DNA of 64,000 nucleotides from Eledone cirrhosa (GCA_964016885.1 OZ024746.1:73036001-73100000); one strand, 5' to 3'; positions 1-15,692 are shown, numbered from the stretch's first letter. The notes: generated by a model not told the origin, from the sequence alone. Program-made: numbers and translations.

Positions 1-542
1 TCCCCCTTCCCCAATTGACACTTTATAATTAATACTACTGCACCAAATGGCCAGCCCTGTCCACTGTCAAGTTGGTCAAGTAGAGATTAAAATTGGCACT
101 CCCAAAATTCTTATTTAGATTTACTCATGGTATTCTCATTAGAAACCCATTATATACTTGTTTAGCAGTAAATTAATTTACCATCTGTCATATACTATCC
201 TCTCTGTTCCTTCCTCTTTTACTAATATAAATACTTCAATTTTTCTGATTTTATCCAATTTATCCAAAATCTCTGAAGAAGTGACAACTGATTATACATT
301 TGCTATCGAATACTTGCTAACATTATATGATTACGCAAGCAGCGATGCATAGGTATTCGGTCTGTTACAGAAACATATGTCAATACCTAATAAATTCCTT
401 TTTTAACAAAAGCACTTTCATTTTATATTCATCCTTTCTACATTTTCTCCGGAATATAATTTATACTTGTTGAGCAAACCTGCACGTACGCTGTTCATCT
501 CTAACGTAACGATATATTATCACTACATTATTGATAACCTGA

Positions 543-852
<310 letters not shown>

Positions 853-1614
853 ATGAAAATGTTTAACCCGGACGGCAGAGCTCAAGCCGTTTCGACGGCT
901 ATTTCTGGACTAAATTAGAATTTTTAGCGGGGTAATTCCTTATATGGGAAGATTGTAGTTGTCAAAAGGATTGGTCAAAATTTCTTGTAAACACAATTAA
1001 ATCTTGCATGGCAGTGGGTGGCGGGTGAGGGTGGCTGAACTTGCTTGTAGATCAACGAGGGAGTGGATGGAGCCGGTCAAGCGTTGAAAGTGAATTCTAT
1101 ACAGCAAATTCTAAGGAGTGTGTATGAAATTAGGCTAGTTAGGAAGCTGGCGAAATAGGGTTCTGGAGGAATTTGAGAGTGGGACGTTATAGAATTAAAA
1201 GGTTAATAAATTGAGATTAAAAGATAATAAATAAAAAAAGTAAAAATAATAAAATTAAATAGTAAAAAGTAATAAAAAAAATCTCTAGAGTCTAAAGCAG
1301 CTGCTATATTTTTAGTTGGTATTGTGTTTTCGGCCAATGCTATATATAATTTACTGGGGTGAGGGTACTGAGGCTACAAAAGCCCGATGGGCTGCCTCGG
1401 GGTAAGCGAAAGAGGGAAAAGGAAAAGGAAGAGGAGAGTGAGTGGAAGGAAGTGATAAGAAGTAATAAAAAGAAAAAGAAAAGAAAAAGAAAAAGAAAAA
1501 GAAAAAGAAAAGAAAAAGAAAAAGAAAAAGAAAAAGAAAAAGAAAAGAAGTACATATACCTATGTATGCTGGTGTTTCTCCAAGTGAGAAAAATAAGGAT
1601 GTTGCAGCCATTGT

Positions 1615-2172
1615 TTACCCGCCTGGGTCATGAGTGGGTTTGAGGGCGAGGTAAGTCCTACGCAATCGGTGTTTACATGCAGTTACAAGTTCGTCTTTTT
1701 TGTTTAGGAGTTGGTCCTTCGTAAACAGCATTTGTAATGTTTCCTCCGAGCATAAGTTACACGGACGGCGTCTTCCCGTGTAGGAGTTAGCTCTGGACAG
1801 TAAGCTCCAAGTAAGATTGTATGTTATGTTATTATCTTGGAGGTCCCAGATGTGGCCCGAAAGTGTAGTGGCATGTCGCCGGGCCGGGTTTCGGAACGTA
1901 TGTCGGTGTTGGTAGAGCCGGGTCTTAAAGTCACAAGCAGTTAATCCTATATAGGCTTTGTTGGAGGTTTCCGTCCTCACGTTGCATTGGTAGATCACGT
2001 TACATTCTCGACATCTGTTGTTGAGGGAGCACGTAGATCTATCAGGACAGTTATACCTCCTGGTCGGCTCTCCACTAATGTCTAGGTTGTTTCTTCCATA
2101 GGGGTTGAGTTCCAGCGACATGCCACTACACTTTCGGGCCACATCTGGGACCTCCAAGATAATAAATAACAT
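1615..2172 (-). pseudogene. C-terminal GIY-YIG endonuclease fragment of a Penelope-like retroelement (5'-truncated)
   Basis: C..C....C...NVIYQ...YIGLT...FKTR...H...LSGHIW...W...CNLC..E...LLNKK.EL...CKH pattern typical of PLE GIY-YIG domains; the first ~20 aa come from the inverted arm and are not native. Confidence 0.85.
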
Positions 2173-3013
2173 ACAATCTTACTTGGAGCTTACTGTCAAG
2201 GGCTAACTCCTACACGGGAGGATGCAGTCCGTGTAACTTATGCTCGGAGGAAACATTACAAATGTTGTTTACGAAAGACCAACTCCTAAACAAAAAAGAC
2301 GAACTTGTAACTGCATGTAAACACCGATTGCGTAGGACTTATCTGGCCCTCAAACCCCCTCATGACCCAGGTGGGTAAACAATGGCTGCAACATTCTTCT
2401 TTTCCCCACTTGTCGAACAAGATAGGGAAAACCCCAGCATACATAGGTAGATGTACTTTATTTCTTTTCTTTTTCACTTTATCTCTTCTTATCACTTCCT
2501 TCCACTCCATCTCCTCTTCCTTTTCCTTTTCCCTCTTTCGCCTACCCCGAGGCAGCCCATCGGGCTTTTGTAGCCGCAGTACCCCCACCCCAGTAAATTA
2601 TATATAACATTGGCCGAAAATGCAATACCAACTAAAAATATAGCAGCTGCTTTAGACTCGAGATATATTTTTTATTACTTTTTACTATTTAATTTTATTA
2701 TTTTTACTTTTTTTTATTTATTATCTTTTAATCTCAATTTATTAACCTTTTAATTCTATAACGTCCCACTCTCAAATTCCTCCAGAACCCTTTTACGCCA
2801 GCTTCCTAACTAGCCTAATTTCATACACACTCCTTAGAATTTGCTGTATAGAATTCACTTTCAACGCTTGACGGACACCATCCACTCCCTCATTGTTCTA
2901 CAGGCAAGTTCAGCCACCCCACCTCCCACCCACTGCCATGAAATATTTAATTGTGTTTACAAGAAATTTTGACCAAACCTTTTGACAAATACAATCTTCC
3001 CATATAAGGAATT

Positions 3014-3109
3014 AACCCTTGAAAAGTTCGGCTATTTATTACCACGCTAAAAATTCTAATTTAGTCCAGAAATAGCCGTCGAAACGGCTTGAGCTCTGCC
3101 GTTGGGGTT
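3014..3109 (+). ncRNA. Type I hammerhead-like motif with variant core UUGAAAA (U3-A8)
   Basis: AACCC-TTGAAAA-g..cggctattt...aaatagccg.c-GAAA-cggc...gccg-TT-GGGGTT; stems I-III pair, with one extra nt at stem I. Confidence 0.55.
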
Positions 3110-3200
3110 AAACATTTTCCTATTACCCACTCTAATACCCTAAGTATTGAGTACTCTGGTGCGTTATGGTCCATCTGGTTCCTTACCACACCTCCTTCGT

Positions 3201-4359
<1,159 letters not shown>

Positions 4360-4410
4360 TTTGTCCTCATCAGTGGCCATCCAACCGTCGTAGGCATTTC
4401 GTATATATAT

Positions 4411-5729
4411 AGTATAAAAGAGAAAAAACAGGTAAGCATTAAGAGAAGGATTTTATCCAGGTATTTACGACCGTTTCATTGGTAAGTGCAACCTTATATT
4501 GCTATACTGCAAATAGCAGCCACTCAATTATAATTGTTGTTCACAGTCCAAATTTTCAAAATAGTGAGTAAGTTACTCTTGAAATAATTCTTAATATATA
4601 GAGGAAAACATTTATTTGGAATTGTATTTACTAGTATAGAGAGAGAGGAATCAGAAGGTGAGGGGACAACCGGAATAGTATAGAGAGAGAGAAAGGGGGG
4701 AGAGTTAGGAAGTAGAGTGACAAACTGAGATGGAGGGAGGGGTAAAGGTGGAAGGATTCCTTGATCAGTTTTGATAGCAGACTTCATGTCGTGGAATGTA
4801 GTGAGTTAAAGAGAATTAAATTGATCATAGTGGGAGGGATGGATAGGGAGAGAGAGAGAGAGAGAGAGGGGGGGGGGATATAAAGAGATAAATATATATA
4901 TAAAAAATAAAGATAAAGATAATAATGACAAAAATAAAAGAAAAGAAGGGGGAGAAAGAAGAAAAGAAAAGATAGCCAAGAAGGGGAGGGAAGGAAGGAA
5001 GAAAACGAAGAAATAGAAGAGGAATGAAGGAGAAGGGGGGATATAGGTATTGGTTTTTGTGGGTAATTAAAAGGGTTTAGATACAACAAGAGGGTATAAA
5101 GTCTAAGTATATGCAGTTTGTCAGTTGGTAGTAAGAGTTTAAGGGTTCGATTTGCACTTGTAGTGCGAAAACTTCTCTTTGAGTCTATGGTTACAATAAA
5201 TTGATCTTTCGATTTTATTGTTGAGTAACTTATTCTTCGAACTCAAGATGTGGAACAGCTCAAGGTCGCATAATCGACCTTGAGCTGTTCCACAACTTGA
5301 GTTTGAAGGGAAAGTAACCATCAATACACCCTGAAGTGGAAAAAAATTATCGAACGCGCCCCCATATCGGAGTGGTATGAGAAGCTGTCAATTCCAAATA
5401 AATGTTTTTCTCTATATATTAAGAATTATTTCAAGAGTAACTTACTCACTATTTTGAAAATTTGGACTGTGAACAACAATTATAATTGAGTGGCTGCTAT
5501 TTGCAGTATAGCAATATAAGGTTGCACTTACCAATGAAACGATCGTAAATACCTGGATAAAATCCTTCTCTTAATGCTTACCTGTGTTTTCTCTTTTATA
5601 CTTTATACTCCAAGATTGAACGGAATTCTTACAAACTTGTGGAGTTACCCCTAACCGTATTTTGAAACCGTCCATGAAACTGGCTTTCTTAACCAAGAAC
5701 TGGATCACAAAAAGAAATTTTCCGCTTGC

Positions 5730-5735
<6 letters not shown>
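4411..5735. mobile_element. Penelope-like fold-back (family E): arms 4411-4624 / 5389-5602, tail 5603-5735
   Basis: ~214 bp near-perfect inverted arms, TA flanks; minus ORF 5139-5324 has LCDLELFHILSSKNKLLNNKIERSIYCNH (PLE endonuclease end). Confidence 0.82.
5450..5551 (+). ncRNA. Type I hammerhead-like motif with variant core UUGAAAA; mirrored on minus in the left arm
   Basis: TATT-TTGAAAA-T-TTGG...CCAA-T-GAAA-CGATCG-TA-AATA; stem I TATT/AATA, palindromic stem III ACGATCGT, GUA site. Confidence 0.6.
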
Positions 5736-5816
<81 letters not shown>

Positions 5817-5817
<1 letters not shown>

Positions 5818-6295
5818 GAAGCAGGAAAAATGAAGCAGGAAAAAAATGCAGGTTTTCGCCTAATGCGGGCCCTAGGAGACCAAGAAAATGAATTTCTTTT
5901 TATGTGCATAATATGCCTTGAAATTTCGAGAAAATCAGCTAGATGTAACGCCTCAAAAAAACCACAAAAAGCTGAAAAAAATGAAGATTTTCACCTAAGG
6001 CAATAACAAAGTTGGAATTTCTTTGTTCACGGTATGAAGAAGAGACTGACTAATACATAGTTACAATTTCAAGGAAATCGGTCTGACGTAACGCCCCCCC
6101 CCCCCCCCACAAGCTGAAAAAACTCAGTTTTTCACCTAGGAGATCAAAAAGTTGAATTTTATGTGCATAACACTCCCTGAAACATAAGCAATACAGATGT
6201 ATAGTTTGAAAAAATCGGTTGGGTTCTTCTCGAGTTTTAGGGATTCGAACTCACAGACACACACATACAGACATCCTCTGTTTTATATATTTAGA
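5817..6295 (-). mobile_element. Non-autonomous Helitron, 3'-truncated copy
   Basis: Reverse-complement homolog of 16565-17220; minus strand starts TCTAAATATATAAAA. Confidence 0.7.
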
Positions 6296-7039
6296 TGAAC
6301 GATTTCACTATTGGTTGTGACATATTCAAGCATATAATTTAGTGTTATCGTAATTTGTACTAAGTAACATATTACACATTAGATATTATTGTCGTTTGCT
6401 TTGTTATTTCTGTTTATTTTTTGCATGCATATTATTAAGTTACATGTTAAGCTACCTTATCTCTAACAGCCATGTTCCAACATTTTCTAAGACATAGACG
6501 GTATAAAACCTCACCATCGATCCTTAATATGCTTTTGAACAATTCTCGGCTTCTCTATACACATTGATTATATTTTCTTTTAAGTAGTGCGCCGAAAATA
6601 AACCACTCGATATATATTCGCTATCCGTAAACTTTTGATATATTCATCTTACTCTTATGAGATTAGATATTATAATGTCTATATTGGTAGTCTCCGATTG
6701 AGTATGTTCTGGGTAAAAGTAAATTTTCTGTTTTACTAGCAGTGTAAGTAAATTATGAACTATTTGAATGCAAGCTCTCTATCCATACCTTGGTATCTAC
6801 CATAGGAAATCTCATATTATGGAGTTTAGAAACATAATTGATCTGGTAAATCTTTCAATAATGAAAAAAGAAATGAATATATATAATGTGATAAAAAGAG
6901 GCAGTATTATGAAAATAGAATGAAGTAAACAAGGAAAACATTATTATTGAAATACTATATGACACTATTATCAGAAAAATTCTGAACCTAGCTTAAAAAC
7001 TCAATACTCCAGAAAATAATGTAGTTCATATATTATTTA

Positions 7040-7230
7040 TATTTGGCACTATCCCCTTCCAAATAGTTCCCTTGGGAACCTACACAACGTTTCCAGAGCA
7101 TCTTCAGCCTCGAAAGTGCTAGCGAAGTCATCTTTTTGAAGGCCGTTCAATCTCACCAGTTTTGTTTTGAATTTCAACTAGACTCAAAGTAACACTCCTT
7201 CAGTTTCAATTTCATTTTCGGAAAGCTGGC
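7040..7230 (-). mobile_element. Tc1/mariner transposase 3' remnant
   Basis: Minus strand gives CVGSQGNYLEGD, resembling the mariner C-terminal G.YFEGD motif; degenerate. Confidence 0.5.
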
Positions 7231-10200
7231 AAAGTTAGTGAAACGTTTAGAATGTCGAAGTTATCCGTGAGAATCTGCTGGCAAACTCCATAACATATTC
7301 CAATGATGCGAGAAAGCTGAACTATTACATTATGGTTACTATCAAGTCCACTGCACGGAACATTGAAAATGGGAGGAGTAAGAAAACTTTTCTTATTAAT
7401 ACACGAAATCATTCCAACAATAACAGAGAAGAGCTGCGTAATGCTAATTCGCTATATAATGCTACTAATCAGCTTATGCTGCAAACCACTTTCACAGTCA
7501 CATATCCTTCTTGATCAGGGCAAAAAGTGTACCATATTTCTCTTGATAAGGGATTTTAAAATTTCAAATAGTGAAATATAAAGTAAAGTAAAGGTTTAAA
7601 TCATTGTTTTGTGTTCTTTTTGTTTCTACTCATTTATTTCCAATTTTAACCTTATTACGCAGTGCTACATACAAACGATACAACTGTAATATTTGCTTGT
7701 TTACTACGATGATACGTAATATTAATGATATTATTTAGTTTTATCATACGATATGTATTCTTTCATTTAGGACAACGCTGTCGACGTTCTTCTATTAAAA
7801 TATCTGGGTGACTTTCTGATCCATATTTTTATTTATTGTTAGACATACCCCAAAGGCTTTGGTGGTTATCAAGCAAAATATGCAAAATATGCATTAAAAA
7901 CACAATGAATTACTCATCTGAGCTCCATGATAGAAGATTTTCTGTGTTAGATATAGAGGTATGTTTAGAGAGCTTACGATCAAACACGCAGTAAATCCAC
8001 TTTTGATTAAAGCAAACGCATCCACATACATACAAAATTGATAAAATGTTGATCTCGTAAGAGTCAAGGGAATATGTCACAACTTTAATAACAGCAAATG
8101 AAATATTGAAATATATGATAAGAATGTAGACTTTTGATTTTGTTTTGCTTTTGCTTTCACTTATTTATTTCCAACTTGCATTGTAGAGGCTTCATAAAAA
8201 TTTAACATATATATAATTTTATTATCTGACAATACTTAAGAAGGAAAAACATTTGCAATAATCATAATACTAATGATTTATTTTAACTAGGCAGATGGGG
8301 ATGTCATTGCAGTAGAAGGATCTTTATTTTAATTGCCTATGTGTTTCTGAAAAATATTTTATCGAAGCTGGAGGAATAAAATACATAATCAAGATTGGTC
8401 AAAATTTAGATCATGATACTCTTTCACCGATTTAATATACAATGGAATAAATATTACGAATCCCTCGTGTTTTTCCCCATCACTACGTACCCGCATATTG
8501 TCGGCGCATGAGAAAAGGATGATGTGTTCTTCATTGTTTAAGTTACTGGAACGTTGGGTGTATTCCAATGGTACTAAATATATAACTGCTGTGAAATGAC
8601 TAAAAAAAATAAAATTAAAATAAACAAAAACGGAATTTGGATCTTACGACGTCATACTATAGGGTAAATCTGAGTCCTATAAACAATTTAATTATTTGCC
8701 TTTGTGTATTGTAATTAGAGAAAGGTCAGCTTGACGAAGACTTCTATTGACAAGTTATACCCAAAGAGGGAGAGGAACGCTTAAAAAAATTCGGCAATTG
8801 TATTATGCTCCTGAAGCAGGCAGCTTTGATTTCCTACTCAGCATTATCTAATTAGTTATAATAAGCACTGTCACAGTGCTTATACTAGGAAATATAATGA
8901 TAATAATTTTTTTTTATTAATAGGCACAAAGGTTTCATATTTTAATGAGAAGTGAAATGGAAAGTGCAATCTTAATCTATTTACCATGAACTTAAGCAGT
9001 AAATATAAAGTGAATCGCAATTTCGGTTTCCCGGTAGTCACCTCATCGCTCTTCACTACCCAGAGCTATAGTTGTTGTTTTTTAATTATATGCTGTGAAC
9101 CTTATACAGCAAAATATATTCTCTTGAACAGTTGAAAGCATGGTTTGTATTAATTTTCTATTGATTGGACTTTGCTTCATTAATTCTGTTTATTTCTGGG
9201 GGAAATGTATGGACACAATAATATATGATCTCCTCACTTCCCAAAGAAGTATTAGGCAAATGATTATAAAATTCACATGGTGAGACCCCCTAAATCATTA
9301 GTTAAGACCCAAGCAAAGTTTGCAGGGTCATTCATACTATTGGAAAAGCATGAATGATGCAACTTTAATTTTCACTTCTCTGAGAATATTGGTTTTTAAT
9401 TTTCGCACAAGGCCAATTATTTCTTGGGAGGAGTGCAGATGATTTAATTAATCAAGTTGTTTACAATATTGGATTCGTAAAGGTTGTTCAACCCTGATTC
9501 AACCCTAATTAAATAGACCTATGATCAAAAGTATCCTAGCCATGACCATTTCGTCTTAGAATAATTTGGACTACATTATTGAATGTGTCATTTCTGTTTC
9601 TAAGATGGTTCGGTCGGATTTGAAGGAGAGTTGGCTATTATATTTGGCAGATCAAGCGACCACGCAGAGGAATTCTCATTGACTAGAAAATATGACAAAC
9701 AAAGCCGACTTTCTGGGATTTTTGTTCAAATCGTAAAGGAACGTTACCAAATACTGTAAGATATTTTTTGTGTGGCACTTCATCCTCTCTATTGTACATG
9801 TATTCATCCACGTCACTTCACTTTTTCTAATTCCAAGCCATTATCATCCTGAATCGAATAGCTTTAACTAGAAATAAAAAATAGTTTTCGTATTCGATTC
9901 CGTGTGCTTACAGCTTGTTCTGCAAAAATCACCGGGATAAGTGTACAATATAAGTCTAGATATTTCTTTAATCAAAGCAGTATATTACTGGTACTTGTGT
10001 TATCGGTGAAAATGTAAGGTTATGTAAAGTTAACAGTGGCAGGATTTGTATTGAGAACACTGAAAAATGAAACTACTACTGTTACCGTAGTAGAGCTTTA
10101 AAATACAGTCATACCGGAATTCTAACCTCGACATTATTAATAGTATTTTTATAGGATACCCTTTCGTGATTTAAATATAGTAATGAGAGACATAATGGAA

Positions 10201-10846
10201 ATATCTGATGTATTTTGTACGGTGTGTTAGCCCTTCATTCTTATTCAGCAACCGAGTGATTCATTTTTTATGAGTTTTAATTTGCACTGTAATTTAGACC
10301 TTTAACACCAAGGATTAAAATCTGGCTTCAAATGGCAGAAAAGTAAGCCAATAGAATTTGAAAGGACTATTGCTGGTATACTTAGCTCATGTTGGTCTGC
10401 TTTATTAATGTCGGCTGCAGATCGTTGTCAAAACAGAAAGGTCTTATTAGAAACGCTAACATTTATCAGCATACTAACCAGAATACTACCTCATCTCACG
10501 GTCACAGTTTCATTTGTAGAATTCATACCCTATCAAGAAAAGTGTAATATAAGTGAAAGAAAATCGAAAGAGAACTGGAAACTCGGCAAAACAGACGTTT
10601 TTGGTACATGGAGCTGTGTATTACATTTTTCTTGATAAAAATGTGCGATAAATTGACCTCATCTTTATTTTTCAGTTTTCCTCAAGAAAACTAGGGACCA
10701 AAGTAAAAAAAAAATGAGGAAAATCATCTCAACAGTCTATCTTATTATCTGGAAATGTAACTGAAATGGTTTGTTTTCTATATATTCTCTTCCTCTTATC
10801 CCTAGATGTCACTCTTCTCCAAACATTTTAATGTATAGCTACATAT

Positions 10847-11041
<195 letters not shown>

Positions 11042-11065
11042 TCATTTCACTCCAGTCCATGCACA

Positions 11066-11948
11066 GCGTTCTTTAGAGGATTAGTGGAGGGGAAGAGCGA
11101 CGACGTACTTGGGGAAACTCTAGGCGTCGACGAAAATCAGCTAGCCAATCTCTTCGGAAGAACTTTCGGGCCGGGACCTATGGACAACTTCCAGAAATCT
11201 CTGGCCTGGCAGTGCTACCGAGGAGCCTTGCCAGTTCGGGATAAACTCTACAGGCATGGAGGTGCCGTCAGCCGGGCATGTCCGAGATGGGCGCAGGGCG
11301 ACGAAACTGTCCTGCACGCACTCGTCCAGTGTCCGAAAATTGCTGACTTGTGGGTTTATATCGAACACCTGCTGTCGCGTGTAGAACGGATCCGGCTATC
11401 ATCTGAGTCCATCGTGAGGATTGCCCCGCCCTCTTCCTTTAGTCGGGAAGGGCAGGCAGTTTTTATCTGTCTGGTGGCCATGGCGAAAGAGATAGTATGG
11501 TGGACACGTTTGAAAGGGCTGAAGACGAGCACTTATCTCTTCGGTGATGCCCTGATTGACTTTTTCAAATTTCATTTGAAAAGGAAAATCAGAGTAGAGA
11601 GGGAAGTGCTCTCTTCCCAGCATTTTGTTGAAAGATGGGTGAGAGAAGCAAGAATGGCCCGAGTGAATGGGCCTACTCTGAGTACGTATCTATAAATTAA
11701 ACGTGGAAAACTGGGAGAGGGCACTTGCCTTGGTGGTCAGGGTCACTGTGGGCTTTTACTGGGCTTTCTCCACAAATGTCCCTCCGAAGTCTCCCCCCTA
11801 TTGGGGAATTTTTCATTGTTTTTTTTTTGTTACATCCTCTGTTTTTGTTTTTTACACGCAGAAATGCCCATTTGTACCGTCCTGTATTGTCCTGTACTGT
11901 CCTTAATGTCTACTTTATGTAAGCCATTGTGGTTAATAAAGAAATCAT
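11066..11948 (+). mobile_element. 5'-truncated Tx1/L1-like LINE (ORF2 C-terminal zinc finger + 3' UTR)
   Basis: FQKSLAWQCYRGALPVRDKL...CPR...ETVLHALVQC; homologous to 40715-41220; AATAAA near the end. Confidence 0.85.
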
Positions 11949-12000
11949 AGTACCAGTAATGTACTGGGTAATTGATGGCCTTGTGCCTAAAGTAGAAACA

Positions 12001-12054
<54 letters not shown>

Positions 12055-12055
12055 G

Positions 12056-12408
12056 TTCTTTGAGTCTCAGTCATTGATGTTAGTTAACTGGAAAGTTTGT
12101 TGAAATGAATATCAAGCCACTACCTGCAGCCTCAGATATTCAGCACGTATCGGAGGGTTCTTGCTGTTCCCAGCAAGCATGCCTTTTGAAGCGTTCCAAA
12201 AAGCGTGAAGGGGCCAATTTTCTTTAACCATCCCTGGAAACCTTTGGAGATAGTCCCCAGTGCGCCTATGACAATCGGGACCACTTTGACTTCATGGCAG
12301 TTCCAAATCCTTTTTACCTCCCACTTTAAGTCCTGTTATCGGTTAATTTTCTCCCTCTCCTTCTCTTGCACTCTCGTGTCGAATGGGCAGGCCACATCCA
12401 CAATCAGG

Positions 12409-12410
<2 letters not shown>
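12056..12410 (-). mobile_element. R4/Dong-like (RLE) non-LTR 3' fragment in (ATT)n
   Basis: Minus strand encodes EVKVVPIVIGALGTISK, typical of the C-terminus of R4/Dong-clade ORFs; (ATT)n on both sides. Confidence 0.7.
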
Positions 12411-12460
<50 letters not shown>

Positions 12461-12467
12461 GTTGTTA

Positions 12468-12721
12468 TTCCTTGAATCTCAGTCATTGATGTTGGTTAAC
12501 TGGAAAGTCCGTTGGATTGAATATCAAGCCACTACCTGCAGCCTCAGATATTCAGGATGTATCGGAGGGTTCTTGCTGTTCCAAGCAAGCATGCCTTTTG
12601 AAGCGTTCCAAAAAGCGTGAAGGGGCCGATTTTCTTTAACCATCCCTGGAAACTTTTGGAGATAGTCCCCAGTGCGCCTATGACAATCGGGATCACTTTG
12701 ACTTCATGGCAGTTCCAAATC

Positions 12722-12722
<1 letters not shown>
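12468..12722 (-). mobile_element. Second R4/Dong-like 3' fragment in (ATT)n
   Basis: Near-identical to 12056-12311; flanked by (ATT)n. Confidence 0.7.
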
Positions 12723-12762
<40 letters not shown>

Positions 12763-13031
12763 TTGTTTCTGAGATATATGCCGAGTGTCTTCCTGACACC
12801 TAGGGCAAATAAATTCACAGTGTGCATTGGTAAGCCAGTTAATACAGCACATTGATTATAATAAAAAAAACAGTATACATATATACACATGTGCATATGC
12901 ATATGTAAATACAAGGAGGGATATCAATCTTACAGAGATAGTGCTCTTCTCAATACGTGTGCAGTACCAGTCAAAACAATTTTTTTCACCTCGTGCAGAG
13001 AGGGTAAACCAGGAATCATTCGCAATAATAC

Positions 13032-13755
13032 CCTGGCCTGGCAGTGCTACCGAGGAGCTTTGCCAGTTCGGGATAAACTCTACAGGCATGGAGGTGCCGT
13101 CAGCCGGGCATGTCCGAGATGCGCGCAGAGCGACGAAACCGTCCTGCATGCATTCGTCCAGTGTCCGAGCATTGCTGACTTGTGGGTTTATGTCGAACAC
13201 CTGCTGTCGCTGTGTCCATCGTGAGGATTGCCGCGTCTTCTTCCTTTAGCCGGGAAGAGCAGGCAGTTTTTATCTGTCTGGTGGCCATGGCGAAAGAGAT
13301 AGTATGGTGGACGCGTCTGAAAGGGCTGAAGACGAGCACTTACCTCTTCGGTGATGCCCTGATTAACTTTTTCCAATTTCATTTGAAAAGGAAAATCAGA
13401 GTAGAGAGGGAGGTGCTCTCTTCCCAGCATTTTGTTGAAAGATGGGTGAGAGAGGCAAGAATGGCCCGAGTGAGTGGACCTACTCTGAGTATATGCCTGT
13501 AAATTGAAGGTCGAAAACTGGGAGAGGACAATTGCCCTGGTTGTCAGGGTTACCGTGGCTTTCTTTTAATGGGCTTTCTCCACGATGGCCCTCGGAAGTC
13601 TCCCCCTATTGGGGAATTTTTCATTGTTCTATTATTACATTCTCTGTTTTTTTTTTGTTTTTTACACGCAGAAATGCCCATTTGTACCGTCCTGTATTGT
13701 CCTGTACTGTCCTTAATGTCTACTTTGTGTAAACCCTTGTGGTTAATAAAGAAAG

Positions 13756-13758
<3 letters not shown>
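13032..13758 (+). mobile_element. 5'-truncated Tx1/L1-like LINE
   Basis: Highly similar to 11200-11948; ends AATAAAGAAAGCAT, then (ATT)n. Confidence 0.85.
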
Positions 13759-13809
<51 letters not shown>

Positions 13810-13835
13810 CATTATTATTTTTATTATTATTATCA

Positions 13836-13922
<87 letters not shown>
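13757..13922. repeat. (ATT)n(AGT)n microsatellite
   Basis: Direct reading. Confidence 0.96.
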
Positions 13923-14264
13923 AATGGAAAGATGAATTGAAACGAATCGATGTCAACTTGGTCCCATTTCTTCATATATTTCTCCGTTTCCTGAAAGTAT
14001 AAAAGTATGAAAAAACGTATTAAAAGCTTTGAAAAAGTTATGAAACAATCAATGCAATAACATTTGGCTATCACATTGATTATTGTTTTATGTACACATT
14101 TTACTTTTATTTTCATAATTACTCATTTAAATCCCCAACCTTCAGCCTTGGAGAGCTTGAAATCAAATGTCCGCAATTCGTCTTTCCCAGCCAAACTAAT
14201 AAAAATGACTCGCAAAATGCATTTTGATAAACTCCGAATTATTCAGATTGTAAACCGATTGATA

Positions 14265-14420
14265 GGTGGGGAATTGGCAGTGTCGTTAGAACGTCGGATA
14301 TAATGCTTCGTAGTATTCGCGCCGGCTTACTGCGCTCTGAGTTCTAATCCCACCCAGATCAACTTTGCCTTTCATCCTCCCACGGTCGATAAAATGTACC
14401 AGTCCACGATTGGGGTCGAT
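14265..14420 (+). mobile_element. Diverged tRNA-derived SINE
   Basis: ttggcag...gagttc.aatccc...ttgcctttcatcc...ggtcgataaaat.taccag core. Confidence 0.7.
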
Positions 14421-15379
14421 TATTCTTCTATATTTATTTTTCATTTCCTCTCTATTACCCCCTTTCTCTTTTCCTGGTAGAAATCGGCTGTGTTTAGACG
14501 TGGAGCAGAGATTTTTAAAATGCCCAAGAAACGTTGCATGTCACTACGGTGTCACAACAATTCCACCAGGAGTTACGGGTTCAAACAGAGAAAAAAATTC
14601 TATATAAAGAATTTATCACATTTGAAGTTATTCAAATATATTCGACATGTTGGTAAAAATGTACTTCGTCAGCCTCTTTGTAAAGATTATAAGTCATATA
14701 AACTTTCTCTTATCGATTCATTAATAAATGAAATTCAAGGGAAAATAATTATTTGTTCTTCACTATTACTCCATTCTACAATATTATATTTCTATTGTGA
14801 ATAAAACAATAAATTATCTCTTCTCTTCGGTCTAGAAAAACATGGAAATTATATTCCCTACAGTCACATCATACATAAACTAATAAACGAACCAATGCGG
14901 GATTTCCAACCATCTTTTGTTTATTAATCTGTTGGAAATAGTAACCAAAGGAAAGGAATGATCGACTTTAAGCCACACCAATCACACCATTCATAGACGA
15001 TCTGCAAAGGCAAAAAACAGACTCTTCATCCTAGCTAAAACCACGATAAAAAAAGAAACAATTCTACTAGCTTAAAGTAGGACACATTAGACAATACAAT
15101 GTTAGATAAATAAACAGATATATCGAAAACAAAAAACAACCGATGGCAGAAATAAGCTATACAACAACACTCCAACAAAGGAGTCTATGGGTGGTCACTA
15201 TACATGCTAAAGAGAGCGATTAAATTCAATTAAATTACACATTACCAACTCAAATCAGGAAGGACGTAGTGTATCAAGCGTAACATTAATATATTTCTTC
15301 ATTGTACCGTCGTTTGCTTTTTATTTCTGTTTGCTTTTGCGCACGCGCACACACACACCCACAGACACACAGACAGACA

Positions 15380-15462
<83 letters not shown>

Positions 15463-15466
<4 letters not shown>

Positions 15467-15661
15467 GAAAATGTTCAAGACCCCGACGGCAGAGCTCATG
15501 CCGTTTCGACGGTTATTTCTGGACCCAGAAATTTCCGTCGAAACGGCTTGAGCTCTGCCGTCGGAGTCTTGAACATTTTCCTATTACCCACTCTACTACC
15601 CTAAGTATTGAGTACTCTGGTGCGTTATGGTCCATCTGGTTCCTTACCACACTTCCTTCGT
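15463..15661 (+). mobile_element. Miniature family A fold-back (arms 15463-15522 / 15525-15584) plus tail
   Basis: Same termini and tail as 856-3200; TA flanks; hammerhead 3' half GAAACGGC...GCCGTC. Confidence 0.85.

Positions 15662-15690
<29 letters not shown>

Positions 15691-15692
<2 letters not shown>

Larger units (their letters stand above)
856..3200. mobile_element. Penelope-like element (family A) as a ~2.3 kb fold-back: arms ~856-1879 / 2115-3118, one-sided tail ~3124-3200, between (TA)n tracts
   Basis: Arms are reverse complements (gagctcaagccgtttcgacggctatttctggac vs gtccagaaatagccgtcgaaacggcttgagctc; aagtgtagtggcatgtcgc vs gcgacatgccactacactt); contains a GIY-YIG remnant and a hammerhead-like motif. 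Confidence 0.88.

Noticed and set aside
268-345. CTGAAGA with plausible stems as a hammerhead
   Set aside because: The GAAA box and cleavage triplet are degenerate; at most a decayed copy.
856-3200. Fold-backs as DNA-transposon MITEs with TIRs
   Set aside because: Arm lengths vary within a family, tails are one-sided, and GIY-YIG and hammerhead remnants point to Penelope-like retroelements.
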